Shown here piece by piece: positions 1 through 10,482 of a stretch of DNA of 64,000 nucleotides. The stretch comes from Candidatus Krumholzibacteriota bacterium (lineage in GTDB: Bacteria; Krumholzibacteriota; Krumholzibacteriia; Krumholzibacteriales; Krumholzibacteriaceae): the NCBI GenBank assembly GCA_030667985.1, contig DAOUUU010000001.1, positions 12,020 to 76,019 on the forward strand. Reading direction: 5' to 3'. Under the pieces are notes generated by a model. It was not told the origin of the DNA, did no database searches, and saw only the letters and a list, made by a program, of their open reading frames with translations. The position numbers and the translations under genes are program-made. How positions within the stretch are numbered: the stretch's first letter is position 1; each line of letters starts with the position of its first letter.

Positions 1-492
1 TATGAGTACCCTGAAATCGTCCGCCACCATCATCATCTGACAGTCGGGTACGCCAAAAAGCGCGGCAAGCATCTCGGTATGCCCCGTATACCTGTATCCG
101 GCCATGGCGAGGGCTTCTTTCGATATCGGACCTGTGACAATACCGTCGATCTTCTTCTTTTCGGCGAGTTCTACCGCCATCTCTATCGACTTCGCCGAGA
201 TCCTTCCCCCTTCGGCCGTTGGTTTTCCCGTGGGAACCGGTATCGCGGAGCCGATGTCGACTATAAGCGGAAATCTTCCCTCTTCTATCCCCTCCACAGC
301 GCTATCGACGGCGGAGGCGTATTTTCCCTCGAGGGCCGGAACCTCGCGCAGCATTGCATCCGCAGCTCCGATGACTACGAGTTCCGCCGCCTCGGGGAGA
401 ATGCCTCTATCGAGCAGCCTGGCGAAGATCTCCGGGCCGATTCCTCCCGGATCTCCGATCGTGAGCGCCAACCTTGCCTTACGTCGTCCCAT
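1..492 (-). CDS. pdxA: 4-hydroxythreonine-4-phosphate dehydrogenase PdxA, N-terminal part (gene continues past window start)
   Basis: Manual minus-strand translation from the ATG at complement 490-492 gives MGRRKARLALTIGDPGGIGPEI...GIVTGPISKEAL...GHTE, the PdxA signature. There is no stop before position 1. The plus-strand ORFs 79..627 and 104..538 are its shadows. Confidence 0.8.
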   Translation of the reverse strand, partial: MGRRKARLALTIGDPGGIGPEIFARLLDRGILPEAAELVVIGAADAMLREVPALEGKYASAVDSAVEGIEEGRFPLIVDIGSAIPVPTGKPTAEGGRISAKSIEMAVELAEKKKIDGIVTGPISKEALAMAGYRYTGHTEMLAALFGVPDCQMMMVADDFRVLI

Positions 493-549
493 GCTCCACT
501 CTCCCGGCAGGCTGATAAAAAAGCTTCCGTGGGTATAATCAGTGTTAGA

Positions 550-831
550 TTAGAACCGCCGGCCGGGAGTTTCGTCCCTGGGAGTCTCCCTGACCACCCG
601 GTAGTACGCCCCTGCCTGCTTACGTGATGCCTGGCCGAGAGGCACCTCGCTCACCTCTATGACGAGATCTTTATCCGGAAACCGTATCTCTATGATGTCG
701 CCGGCACGGACGTCGCGGCTCGGCTTCGAGCTCAGCCCGTTCAACTTGACCCGTCCGGCCTCGCAACCCTTCCTGCCCTGGCTGCGGGTCTTCACCAGGC
801 ACAGGGACTTCAGCAGCGCATCGAGCCGCAT
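550..831 (-). CDS. S4-domain RNA-binding protein (Hsp15/HslR-like)
   Basis: 93 aa with an RLDALL...GRVKLNG...KPS..VRAGDIIEI S4 fold motif. It lies between surA-like and pdxA as in enterobacterial loci. Confidence 0.65.
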   Translation of the reverse strand: MRLDALLKSLCLVKTRSQGRKGCEAGRVKLNGLSSKPSRDVRAGDIIEIRFPDKDLVIEVSEVPLGQASRKQAGAYYRVVRETPRDETPGRRF

Positions 832-834
832 CTC

Positions 835-2145
835 CTAATTCTCCTTCTTTACCTCCATGTAGTAGACCGCTTTGAGGCCCTCGATATACTCATCCATCTG
901 GCCCTGGAGCTTCTCATTCTCCATCAGCCCTTTGAGCTCCTCACGCGCTTCCTCGAAGGAGTAAGCCCTGTCCTCAGCTCGCCCGAGAACCTTGACTATT
1001 CGGTACCCTCTCTCCTCCTTGACCACCGGTGCTATTCCGCCGGCCGGAATGTCCGCAATGAGCTCCCGGAAATGCTCCGGCAGATTGGCGAGAACGACCT
1101 CCCCCACGACTCCTCCTGAATCCTTCGTGCGATGATCGGCCGAGTGTAGCGCCGCCATCTCCGCGAAATCCGCCCCGTCAAGGAGCTGTTCGCGGATCTG
1201 CTCCGCCATCCTTGCGGTCGATTCCCAGTCCCCCTCCGCCCCCTCTACCTTGACTAGAATATGGCTCACCAGCACCTTTTCCCCGCTCACGTCCTCCAGC
1301 TTTATCAAATGGTAACCGAACTCTGTCAGCACGGGGCCGCTCACTTCACCGACGGTCAATTTTCTTACGGCGTCCTCGAACTCCGGATTGTTCAGGTCTT
1401 TGAGATCGATGTATCCCAGGCTTCCGCCGGACTTCGCGCTCGGTCCCTCCGAATATTCCGTCGCGAGCTCGCTGAAGTCGCCTCCCGCCTCGAGCAATTT
1501 TTCGATTTCCTCCAATTTCGCCCTGGCGGCCGAGACGATACCGTCGGAGGCAGCGGGCAGGATCAGAATCTGGGCGAGGCTTATCGTGGCCGGCCTGCTG
1601 GGAAGCTCGCCGAGATGTCCCTTGTAATAATCCCTGACATCTTTTTCGGTCACCTTGATGTCTCTCATCACCTCGGCGTACATCAACCGCTCGCTCAACA
1701 TGCGAGTTTTCAGCTTCTCGCTCCAGAGTTCCCTGAGCTGCTGAACGGTAAGGCCCTCCCTCTCGAGCTGCTTCTGGAAGGCTTCCTCCCCGCCTATCAT
1801 CCTTTTGCCCTCTTCGATACGCTTCTCGACCTCGGAGAATACTTCCTCGTCCCCTATCGTTATTCCCACCTTCTCGGCGTGGACGCGCATCAAGAGTTCC
1901 GAGACAAGAGCTTCGACGATCTCCGCCTTGAGTTCACGCTCTTCAGCCTCGGTCAGCATCGTCCGTTCCATCTGCATGAGACGGTTTCTGTACTCGAGCT
2001 CCAGTTCACTCTGGAGCACCGCTTTGTCCTCGACGACCGCAATGATCCTGTCAACCACCTCGCCGCTCTGCTGGGCGGCCACCTGCGACAATCCAAGCAG
2101 TGCAGTCGCCAAAAATAACAATGCAGTGATTTTTTTCATGATCAA
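835..2145 (-). CDS. surA: SurA-like periplasmic chaperone / parvulin-type peptidyl-prolyl isomerase
   Basis: Signal peptide, long helical SurA N-domain, then the PpiC motif GGSLGYIDLKDLNNPEFEDAV..GYHLIKLED. Adjacent to pdxA as in E. coli. Confidence 0.8.
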   Translation of the reverse strand: MIMKKITALLFLATALLGLSQVAAQQSGEVVDRIIAVVEDKAVLQSELELEYRNRLMQMERTMLTEAEERELKAEIVEALVSELLMRVHAEKVGITIGDEEVFSEVEKRIEEGKRMIGGEEAFQKQLEREGLTVQQLRELWSEKLKTRMLSERLMYAEVMRDIKVTEKDVRDYYKGHLGELPSRPATISLAQILILPAASDGIVSAARAKLEEIEKLLEAGGDFSELATEYSEGPSAKSGGSLGYIDLKDLNNPEFEDAVRKLTVGEVSGPVLTEFGYHLIKLEDVSGEKVLVSHILVKVEGAEGDWESTARMAEQIREQLLDGADFAEMAALHSADHRTKDSGGVVGEVVLANLPEHFRELIADIPAGGIAPVVKEERGYRIVKVLGRAEDRAYSFEEAREELKGLMENEKLQGQMDEYIEGLKAVYYMEVKKEN

Positions 2146-3011
2146 CGTTTCCCTTCACCTTCATCCGGCACTTGGATCGAATCGGGCTCGTAGCTCGTGT
2201 CGTAATACTCGATTTCCGCGATGCTCCGCAGCGAGATCGTCAGTTCATCGAAAGCCTTCTCGCGCTTTTCGATCAGCAGCATATTCAATATCTGCTCTCT
2301 CACCTCGTCGTATTGAACCTTGACCAACGACTCCCTCATACCCACGAGCATGATTATGTGATATCCGAAACCGCTCTTTACTATACCGCTCATCTCGCCC
2401 GGCTCCATATCGAAGATGACCTGTTCGAATTCGGGGATCATGTTCCCCTTGGTCAGATATCCCAGGTCTCCGCCGCGCCTGGCCACCGGATCGATAGAGT
2501 GCCTGTTGGCCACCCACTGGAAGCTGTTTCTCTCGAGAAGATCCATCACATTCTCCGCCGCTTCCTGCGTACCGACCAGGATATGCCTCACACGGTATTC
2601 GTAAAGGTACTCCTTTTCGTGAGCGTTGAAGTAGTCCTCTATCTCTTCCTCGGTAACAGCTGTTCTTTCTCTGAGTTCTATGAACGTGAGGTGATCGGCG
2701 AGAAATCCCTGCTCGAGGCTCCTCAGGCGCGCCATGATGCGCGGATCGCCCTTCAATCCCCTGCGCAGCGCCTCTTGATAGAGGATCTCTGTCTCGATCC
2801 AGCGCCGGACATAGAACCTCTTCTCGTTCATTGTGAAGGGAACCCTATCCACCTCTGGAAGCAGGTTCTCCAGAGTCTCGACGGTGAGAACGGCGTCTCC
2901 GACACGCACTATCTTCCTCCCATCCTCCGCTGGAGATCGCCCCTCTTCGTCCCTTCCACATCCAACAAAAAGAACGATTATAAAGAGAAATGTTATTGCG
3001 CGCGTCGCCAT
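2142..3011 (-). CDS. PpiC/parvulin-type PPIase lipoprotein (PrsA-like)
   Basis: Lipobox LFVGC near the N-terminus and a parvulin domain RHILV...GGDLGYLTKGNMIPEFEQVIF..GFGYHIIML. There is a 4-nt overlap with the downstream surA-like gene. Confidence 0.75.
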   Translation of the reverse strand: MATRAITFLFIIVLFVGCGRDEEGRSPAEDGRKIVRVGDAVLTVETLENLLPEVDRVPFTMNEKRFYVRRWIETEILYQEALRRGLKGDPRIMARLRSLEQGFLADHLTFIELRERTAVTEEEIEDYFNAHEKEYLYEYRVRHILVGTQEAAENVMDLLERNSFQWVANRHSIDPVARRGGDLGYLTKGNMIPEFEQVIFDMEPGEMSGIVKSGFGYHIIMLVGMRESLVKVQYDEVREQILNMLLIEKREKAFDELTISLRSIAEIEYYDTSYEPDSIQVPDEGEGKR

Positions 3012-3033
3012 TATCCCGTCCCACCGGCGCCCG

Positions 3034-4716
3034 CTAGAGCCTTGTTCTCTTCAGTTCCGCCTTGGCTAGATTCCCCTCGGAGATCTCTATCGGATACCCT
3101 TCGCGCCAGACCTGGAGCTTCTCTTCGAGGAGAGCCTCGGCCTTTATTGCCGTGATCGACTTTTTGATTGTACTCGTCGCATCGAGCATCGAGGGTGTCT
3201 TGGCCTGCTTTATCTCTTCCACCTTCACGACCGCCCAACCGCGGGGCGTCCTGAAGGGGGCGCTTACCGAGCCGGCCTTCTTCAGCGAGAACGCTATCTG
3301 GTCATAGTCCTGAAAGTGCCCCGAATATGTCATCCCGGTCCTTCCCAGGTTCTCCTTTACGGTCGGGTCGAGTGAATAGGCCTTGGCCAGTTCAGCGAAA
3401 TCGTACCCCGAATCGGCTCTCTTCTTAATCTCCTTTGCCGTCTCCTCTTTGGATACCAGGATAATCGAGTAATCCCGCTGTTCCGGAACGATGATGTCAT
3501 CTTTGTTCTCATCGTAATAGGCTTTGATCTCCACCGTGGACACGTCCACCTCACCGTAGATCTGATCCTGGTAAAGCCTTTGTACTATGAACTGTTCTTT
3601 GCGCATCTCGTACGATTCCAGCACTTCGGGTATCTCGAGGATCTTCGCCTTCTGCTCCGCATAGTCGGGAAGAACCGTATCGAACACCTTTTTGTGCATC
3701 GTGAGTATGATATTCTCTTTGCCCCTCCCTCTGTTGGGCCTGTCGGGAAGGCCGAGCAGTTCGTAGTGCTCGGCAAAATCGCTGAGCGTGTACGATTCGT
3801 CCGCAAACGTACAGATTATCATGTCGCGGTACTGATCGGGCAAATCGAGCTTTGGAGCATTCTTGCGTGTGACCTTGTAGGACATTATGTCCTCGATTTT
3901 TATATCCTCAGGGAGAGCGTCGTAGGCGATCGTGATCGCATCCGTGTACCATGTGAGGCCTATATCTTTCTCTATCTTCGCCTTGAGATTTTCTATGCCC
4001 TTCTTCTCCTTGACGCCGCGGATCCGCTTCGCCGCGTAGTCCCTGTTCTTCCCCGGCTCGACCTTTCTGATACGGTGCACCTTCAACAGCGCCCATCCGT
4101 ACGAGGTCCTGAGCGGCGGAGAGACATCACCATCTTTCATGTCGAAGAGGGCCTCCTCGACCCACCATAGTATGCTGCCGACTGTGTTGCTGCCGACAAA
4201 GCCACCGCTTTCGGCCGACATATGGAGAGAATATTTCTTCGCCATTTCGCCGAAATCCTCGCCCCCGCTTATCCTCTCCCTCAGTTCCCACGCCTCGTCC
4301 TCGCCGGTGACAATGATCTGGCTCAGCGTATATTCATACTGCATCTTTTCAAAGTAATAGTCGATCTCCTCTTCGGTCACGACGACCTTCTTGCGAACGA
4401 GCTGGTCCATCAGGGCGGCGACGAGGAAGGGGCCGCGGTAGCGCTGCCACAAGTTCTGGAACCATTCCTCCGTCTCGTATCCAGCGTCACGGGCCTTCAG
4501 GGCCATCACTTCCTTATTGATGATATGATCGAGCAGCTTCTTTCTGCCCTCCAGGTCGTCTGTCTCCGGCAGGAACTTGTTGTCCAGGAGCTCGGCAGCC
4601 TTCTCGAAATCGGCTATGGTGATCTCCTTCTTCTCCACCTTGGCAATGACGAGCTCTTCGCGCTTCGTACATCCCGTAGCAAACAGGACCGAGATCAATA
4701 CAAACAGCAGAATCAT
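3034..4716 (-). CDS. Lipoprotein with two parvulin PPIase domains (PpiD/SurA-like)
   Basis: Two PpiC motifs (SAESGGFVG..SYGWALLKV and GRTGMTYSGHF..PRGWAVVKV) and lipobox LFATGC. The start is placed at the internal ATG (complement 4714-4716), which is preceded by AGGAG; the ORF extends to 4806 with a GTG. Confidence 0.75.
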   Translation of the reverse strand: MILLFVLISVLFATGCTKREELVIAKVEKKEITIADFEKAAELLDNKFLPETDDLEGRKKLLDHIINKEVMALKARDAGYETEEWFQNLWQRYRGPFLVAALMDQLVRKKVVVTEEEIDYYFEKMQYEYTLSQIIVTGEDEAWELRERISGGEDFGEMAKKYSLHMSAESGGFVGSNTVGSILWWVEEALFDMKDGDVSPPLRTSYGWALLKVHRIRKVEPGKNRDYAAKRIRGVKEKKGIENLKAKIEKDIGLTWYTDAITIAYDALPEDIKIEDIMSYKVTRKNAPKLDLPDQYRDMIICTFADESYTLSDFAEHYELLGLPDRPNRGRGKENIILTMHKKVFDTVLPDYAEQKAKILEIPEVLESYEMRKEQFIVQRLYQDQIYGEVDVSTVEIKAYYDENKDDIIVPEQRDYSIILVSKEETAKEIKKRADSGYDFAELAKAYSLDPTVKENLGRTGMTYSGHFQDYDQIAFSLKKAGSVSAPFRTPRGWAVVKVEEIKQAKTPSMLDATSTIKKSITAIKAEALLEEKLQVWREGYPIEISEGNLAKAELKRTRL

Positions 4717-4821
4717 CCTTCTCAATGTGGACTCCTTTCTAATAACAGAATACAGGTCTCCCATCAGCGCGACCGCGCCACCGGTGCGGAGACCTTCCAT
4801 ATACACACTGTTTTAACAATC

Positions 4822-7800
4822 TTACATAGCACAAGATTCCAGCAAATTCAATATCTTTTCAAAATCACCTGCTGCGGCTTCCCCGGTCCTGGAGCGGGCC
4901 GGAGGGACCGATTCCCCGGCGGAGCCCCGGGTCCTGACAGTCATTCTGAGGCCGGCAGCCGTCTCGAACGCGACACGCCCCTCGAATCCGGCGGCAAGAG
5001 CACCCACCGCATCCTTCGCCGGCAATGAAGCAGCGTTGAAATCGATTACGAGCCCCCCATCCTTGCCAGCCTCCACGCTCTCTATGCCCAGAGGCGCGGC
5101 CCGCAGCCTGAATCCCACCAGCATCAACAGGTTTCGGGCCTGATCGGGCAGCGCGCCGAAACGATCGGCCAGCTCTGCATCGATATCCTCGAGTCTTCCG
5201 ATCTCGGTCAGCCCGGAGATACGGCGGTAGATATCCATCCGTTCCTCTGAATCATGGACGTAGCTCTCGGGAATAAAAGCGGGCAACGAAAAGGTTACCT
5301 TCGTTTCGAACGCCTCCGGAACCTCTTCGCCTTTCAACCTGGCGACCTCCTCCTTCAGCATCCTCGTATAAAGATCGAGCCCGATCGCGTGGATGTGGCC
5401 CGATTGCTGCGGCCCGAGCAGATTACCGGCTCCCCTGATCTCGAGATCCCTCATGGCGATCCTGTATCCCGCCCCGAGATAGTCGAACTCACTGATCGCC
5501 TGGAGACGCTGAACGGCGGTGGGTGTCATCGCTCCACTTCTCGGAACGAGCAGATACGCAAAGGCCTTTCTGTCCGATCTGCCGACCCGCCCCCTGAGCT
5601 GATAAAGCTGCGCGAGTCCCATCATGTCGGCGCGATCGATGATAATCGTGTTCACATTGGGAAAATCCAGCCCCGCTTCGATGATCATGGTGCTGAGCAG
5701 CACCTCGAAACGGCGCTCGAGAAAATCGATCATCCGCCGTTCCAGCTCTCTTTCCTTCATCTGTCCGTGCGCGTGCTCGATACTGATCCGCTCCGGCAGG
5801 AGCCGCCGGAGGAAACCCTCCATGACCTCTATCGACTGCACTCGGTTGTGCACGAAGAATACCTGCCCTCCGCGGTCGACCTCCCTCAGCACAGCGTCCC
5901 GGATCCGCTCGTCGTCGAACGGCAGTATCTCCGTATGTATCGGTAGCCTGTTCCTTGGTGGAGTATCGATGACCGAAATGTCCCGCACCCCGGAGACGGC
6001 CATGGAAAGTGTTCGAGGGATCGGTGTCGCCGTCATGCTCAAGACGTCGACGCTTTTCTTCATTTTCTTGAATCTCTCCTTGTGTCGGACCCCGAAGCGG
6101 TGCTCCTCGTCCACTATCACCAGCCCCAGATCCTTGAATACCACATCCTTCGAGAGCAGCCTGTGCGTACCGACGACGATGTCGACCTTTCCCTCGGCGA
6201 GAGACCTGACGACCTTCTTCTGTGCGGCTTGAGTTACGAAACGGCTCAGCATCTCAACGACGACCGGAAATCCTTCCAGCCTCTCCTTCAACGTCACGAA
6301 ATGCTGCATCGCCAGCACGGTCGTCGGAACGAGAAGAGCGACCTGTTTCCCTGAAAGCATCGCTTTGAACGCGGCCCTCATTGCCACCTCGGTCTTGCCG
6401 AAGCCGACATCACCGCTCAGCAACCGGTCCATCGGACGGTCCAGCTCCATATCCGCTTTGACCTCGATACTCGACTCGAGCTGGTGCGGCGTCTCCTCGA
6501 AAGGGAAAGACGCTTCCATCTCTTTCTGCCACGGCTTGTCGGGCTCGAATTTAAATCCTGCGACTATCTGTCTCGCTGCATATATCTCGAGAAGGTCCTT
6601 GGCCACCCGTTCGGCGCTCTTGCGGGCCCTCTCCCTGACCCGAGCCCAGGCTGCGCTGCCGAGCCTGCTCAACTCAGGCTCTGCCCCCTCTCCGCCGATA
6701 TGCTTCTCGACCATGCGGAGTTGAGACACGGGTATGAGGAGATGGTCGTCTCCCTCGTACCGGAGATCGAGACACTCGGTCTTTCCCCTTTCGATATCGA
6801 GCACCCTCAACCCCATATACCGCCCGATACCATGGTTGAGATGCACGACGAAATCGCCCGGCTTGAAATGTGAATGGTCGTAGGTCAGCGACCTGCTGCC
6901 CGCCTTCGGCAGATGAAACGGTCTGTGATACCTCCCGAAGATCTCCGCCTCGCTGAGAAAGAGCGCGCCGAGCGCCCTCCATTTGAATCCGCTCGACAGA
7001 TTGCCGATCATAAAATCGATGTCGATCGCCACATCCGAGAGCAGATCTTCCGCCCTTTCGCGCTGGAAGTCGCTCGAACAGAAAAGGAACACTCTCCCTC
7101 CGAGACCCACCTCCTTCTCGATCTCCCTGCTCAGCCTCTTCAGGTTGCGGCGATAGTCCCCCGGAGCCGATGCGGAAAACTTTACTGCCCCTTTCCAGTT
7201 CAACCCGCGGAATTTCACTGTACGCGTCTCTTCGAGCAGTCTCTCGAGCTCCTCATCCTCCAAAAAGGCCCTGCTCGGTTCGGGGTAGAAAAGCCCCTCT
7301 TCGCGCGTCTTGTCGAAACGCCGCTCGATTTCCTCCCTGAACTCCCTCATATCCGCTTCGACGGCCTCCGCATCACAGAACACGACATAGGGCATTTCTT
7401 TGAAATAGGAATAGACCGGAACGAGCTCATGGATATCCGCGGCGTAGTGCTCCATCCCGAAAAATGATATCCCCGCCTCCAGGCGCTCGGCGGGAAGAAG
7501 GATCCTGCGCTCCTCTTCGTCCTGCCGCTCTCCGGAAAGCCCGTCGAGCCTGGCTCTCAGCCTCTCTATCCCCTCGGCGGCCGGAACGATATGGTGAAAC
7601 GGCCTTACCATGACACCGGCCCTTTTGCCCGTGGAGCGCTGGGTCTCTATGTCGAAGTCTCTGATCGAAACGATCTCGTCGCCGTCGAACTCGATTCTCA
7701 CGGGGTCTTCACGGGCCACCTCGAAGAGATCGAGTATGCCCCCCCTCAACGCGTACTGTCCCTTGGCCTCGACGATCTCATGGCGTTCATAACCCAGGAG

Positions 7801-8274
7801 TGCAAGCTGTTCCGTGAGCTCTATCGGATCGTGCTCCGAACCTTCCCCGAGCCATACAAGCATCTTCTCGAATTCATTCGGCGCAAAGACCCTTTTCAGT
7901 GCTGCCCTGACAGTACAGACCAGGACCCTGCACTCGCCCCGCGCCAGCGCCTCGAGCGCCATCATCTGCATACCTGTCAGGTTTCTGTCCGGATCGTGAT
8001 AATCATAGGGCAGCATCTCGTCTCCGGGATAGAACATTACTCCCTCGAGGCCGAAGATCGTAAGGTCTTCCACCATATCGCGCGCCTGCACCGGATCGGC
8101 GGCGATCAAGAGAAGCGGCGCTTCCTGTTCCTCGAAGAGCCTGGCTAGCAGAAACGCTCTCGCACTCCCGTGCAGGCCCGCAATATCCACATCGGCCCCT
8201 GCGGCACCGAGCCTCCCCTCGAGCGTCCTGAACGGCTCGAGCCGCCCTGCCGCCTGCTTGAGATCATCCCACAT
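4822..8274 (-). CDS. mfd: Transcription-repair coupling factor Mfd
   Basis: 1150 aa with the UvrB-homology N-terminus, an RNAP-interaction domain and superfamily-2 helicase motifs (GDVGFGKTEVAMRAAF, DEEHRFG). Full-length. Confidence 0.95.
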   Translation of the reverse strand: MWDDLKQAAGRLEPFRTLEGRLGAAGADVDIAGLHGSARAFLLARLFEEQEAPLLLIAADPVQARDMVEDLTIFGLEGVMFYPGDEMLPYDYHDPDRNLTGMQMMALEALARGECRVLVCTVRAALKRVFAPNEFEKMLVWLGEGSEHDPIELTEQLALLGYERHEIVEAKGQYALRGGILDLFEVAREDPVRIEFDGDEIVSIRDFDIETQRSTGKRAGVMVRPFHHIVPAAEGIERLRARLDGLSGERQDEEERRILLPAERLEAGISFFGMEHYAADIHELVPVYSYFKEMPYVVFCDAEAVEADMREFREEIERRFDKTREEGLFYPEPSRAFLEDEELERLLEETRTVKFRGLNWKGAVKFSASAPGDYRRNLKRLSREIEKEVGLGGRVFLFCSSDFQRERAEDLLSDVAIDIDFMIGNLSSGFKWRALGALFLSEAEIFGRYHRPFHLPKAGSRSLTYDHSHFKPGDFVVHLNHGIGRYMGLRVLDIERGKTECLDLRYEGDDHLLIPVSQLRMVEKHIGGEGAEPELSRLGSAAWARVRERARKSAERVAKDLLEIYAARQIVAGFKFEPDKPWQKEMEASFPFEETPHQLESSIEVKADMELDRPMDRLLSGDVGFGKTEVAMRAAFKAMLSGKQVALLVPTTVLAMQHFVTLKERLEGFPVVVEMLSRFVTQAAQKKVVRSLAEGKVDIVVGTHRLLSKDVVFKDLGLVIVDEEHRFGVRHKERFKKMKKSVDVLSMTATPIPRTLSMAVSGVRDISVIDTPPRNRLPIHTEILPFDDERIRDAVLREVDRGGQVFFVHNRVQSIEVMEGFLRRLLPERISIEHAHGQMKERELERRMIDFLERRFEVLLSTMIIEAGLDFPNVNTIIIDRADMMGLAQLYQLRGRVGRSDRKAFAYLLVPRSGAMTPTAVQRLQAISEFDYLGAGYRIAMRDLEIRGAGNLLGPQQSGHIHAIGLDLYTRMLKEEVARLKGEEVPEAFETKVTFSLPAFIPESYVHDSEERMDIYRRISGLTEIGRLEDIDAELADRFGALPDQARNLLMLVGFRLRAAPLGIESVEAGKDGGLVIDFNAASLPAKDAVGALAAGFEGRVAFETAAGLRMTVRTRGSAGESVPPARSRTGEAAAGDFEKILNLLESCAM

Positions 8275-10414
8275 CGCTCTTCCCCTCGAATTGCGCCTGA
8301 GATAATATCGATTCGATCACGAGGATCAGTGCCGCGGCCATTATAAGGCCGAAGGTGATCTCGCGGCCCTCTCTCGCATACCTTACCGCCTCCTCCACAG
8401 ACCTGCCTTTCTCGATGGTCATCCAATGCTCGATGCCGAGTGAATCGGCGACCTCCTCCCCGGGCGCCGGCATGAGTTCCGATTCGGCTCCGCCGGCCAC
8501 GTTCGCGGCGAAGACATCGAGCGTCTCCCCACCCGACTCGATAGCCACAAATCCCGGAGCCCCCACAACGGGAACTGCTCCCTTCCCAGAACCGATTCCT
8601 TCAAACCATTCCTCCTGGTCAACGGAAGACATGATAAAGGTCTCGGGGCCTTCCGCCGATAGGCCCTGCAGCAGGCCGACACTCATCTCGCCGCTCGCGG
8701 CCACGGGCAGGGCTAACGGCTCGCCGATGATGATTCCTTCTTCGCTCCGCCCCCTCCTGACAACCTCTAGAACCGACTGCTGCACGAGCGGGAGGAAATA
8801 GGGGGAGAGGACGAGATCCCCCGATCCCGGCCGTGGATCGGCCGCCACAAAGAGGCAGCCGCCCTCACCGCGCCGCTCTTCCCACATAAAGGGCGATCCG
8901 CTGGAGAAGAAGAGAAATCCTCTTGCGTCCGGAACACCCGATACTACTGCCGCCCTCAGAAATCGCAGCTTCGTCATCGCCTCGATGTCATCGGCATCGA
9001 AGGGCCCAAGGAAACGATTCCCGCTCGTCGGTTCTGATATGGTCAGAAACCCCTCCTCAAGGTCCGGGAAATCCATCGATAGCGGATAGGCGCTCAGGCG
9101 ATCCGCCACCGACGCCAGCTCCGGGACGATAAAGACGACCATCCTTCCCCCGCTCTCCACGAAACGCTCCAGGAGAACGAGATCTTCCTGGCGGGGTTCT
9201 CCCCCGGGACCGAGCACGACTACATCCGTTCCGTCGAGATCCGTCGACGTAAGTCCGCTGTAGGTTCTCGTCATCAGCTCGATGTCACCTTCCACCCCTT
9301 CGGGCTCCAGAGCCTGCTCGAGGTAGAAAGCGCTTTGATCCGCGACCAGAAGAACCTTCACGCGGCCGGTCACGTGCAACACGAAGTAGCGCCTGTCGTC
9401 CGCCCGTAATCTGTCCGGGGTCTTTTTCGCTTCCCCGAATATCCAGCCGTTTCTCTCGGTGGGCAACGCGAAGGTTTCCTTTGCGTATCCGTTGGGCTTT
9501 ATCACTATCTCCTTTTCGATCACGAGCCGTCCGTCGATGTAGAGTTCCAGCGGAAACCGCTCAGACGAGCCTGACCCGCTGTTTCTCACGAGCAGCTCCA
9601 CCGAGGCGAGCTCTCCCCTGTGAATGGCTGTCCGCGGCACGCCGACCCGCTCGATCGAGACATTCATCTCGCTCTCGGCCTTGAGCGGCACGAGAAAGAT
9701 GCGTATTGGCCCACTATCTTTCGGATCCTCTCCGTGCTTCGACAAGCCGACTTCTCGCTCCCTTCCACTCGCACTCTGCGCCGTCGAAGAGCGGTGCAGG
9801 CCGAGGGATGATCTCTGAAAATCGGAGACGACATAGAGCTCCTTCGCCCCTCCTCTGGCCTGATCGAGCATTTCGATCCCGGCCCCGAACGCACCTGAAA
9901 GATCGGTCGTCCCCCAGGAGGAAACTGTCTCCGATAGAAGCTCCCCTATCAACGGCCCGTCCATGCGCCCCCTGTAGAGAAACTCCTGGGACGAGTCGAA
10001 CAGAACAATCATGACCTCGTCCTCGGGAGTGTATTCCCCGAGTATCTCGATCACGCGGCGCCTCGCCTCGTCGAAGAGCGATCCTCCCTCCTGTTCCAAT
10101 CCCATGCTGTAGCTCCTGTCCAGAAGGATACAACAGGCCCGGATACTCTCGCTCGGGAAGAGCGTCGCAAGCCGACCCTTCATCGTCGGCTGAGTGAAGG
10201 CGAGAACGATGAGCGCGATGCCGATCATCCGCAGCAAAAGGAGGAACAGCCTCCGCAGATTCACCCGCTTCATGCTTCGCCTGTCGGAGGGCTGTAAAAA
10301 TCGCAGGCTGCTGAAATTTATGACCGGCACGCGGCGCCGACTCAATATGTGAATGAGCAGCGGGATCGCTACCGCGGCCAGAGCTGCCAAATATGCCGGA
10401 TTGAGAAAGCCCAT
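8264..10414 (-). CDS. BatA-type (aerotolerance-regulator N-terminal domain) membrane protein with vWA-like domain
   Basis: The N-terminus MGFLNPAYLAALAAVAIPLLIHILSRR is the BatA_N signature. An internal vWA-like segment (LDRSYSMG...YVVSDFQ) and a C-terminal TM are present. Start chosen at the ATG preceded by GGGAGA; the ORF extends to 10465. Confidence 0.7.
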   Translation of the reverse strand: MGFLNPAYLAALAAVAIPLLIHILSRRRVPVINFSSLRFLQPSDRRSMKRVNLRRLFLLLLRMIGIALIVLAFTQPTMKGRLATLFPSESIRACCILLDRSYSMGLEQEGGSLFDEARRRVIEILGEYTPEDEVMIVLFDSSQEFLYRGRMDGPLIGELLSETVSSWGTTDLSGAFGAGIEMLDQARGGAKELYVVSDFQRSSLGLHRSSTAQSASGREREVGLSKHGEDPKDSGPIRIFLVPLKAESEMNVSIERVGVPRTAIHRGELASVELLVRNSGSGSSERFPLELYIDGRLVIEKEIVIKPNGYAKETFALPTERNGWIFGEAKKTPDRLRADDRRYFVLHVTGRVKVLLVADQSAFYLEQALEPEGVEGDIELMTRTYSGLTSTDLDGTDVVVLGPGGEPRQEDLVLLERFVESGGRMVVFIVPELASVADRLSAYPLSMDFPDLEEGFLTISEPTSGNRFLGPFDADDIEAMTKLRFLRAAVVSGVPDARGFLFFSSGSPFMWEERRGEGGCLFVAADPRPGSGDLVLSPYFLPLVQQSVLEVVRRGRSEEGIIIGEPLALPVAASGEMSVGLLQGLSAEGPETFIMSSVDQEEWFEGIGSGKGAVPVVGAPGFVAIESGGETLDVFAANVAGGAESELMPAPGEEVADSLGIEHWMTIEKGRSVEEAVRYAREGREITFGLIMAAALILVIESILSQAQFEGKSDVG

Positions 10415-10482
10415 CTCTCTTCGTCTCCCTCGTCTGGTTCCCGCCTGACCGTCACCGGCCGACATCTGATCCGAGCAAGAGA

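Noticed and set aside
79-627. Plus-strand ORFs 79..627 and 104..538
   Set aside because: Low-complexity Ser/Ala/Pro-rich translations. The minus strand here encodes a clear PdxA N-terminus, so these are antisense shadow ORFs typical of high-GC DNA.
1261-3155. Plus-strand ORFs 1261..2118, 1805..2323 and 2172..3155
   Set aside because: Antisense to the surA-like and parvulin genes. No domain signatures; compositionally biased.
4222-8148. Plus-strand ORFs 4222..5028, 5254..5946, 5624..6232, 6874..7467 and 7591..8148
   Set aside because: All lie inside and antisense to mfd, which is full-length and highly recognisable.
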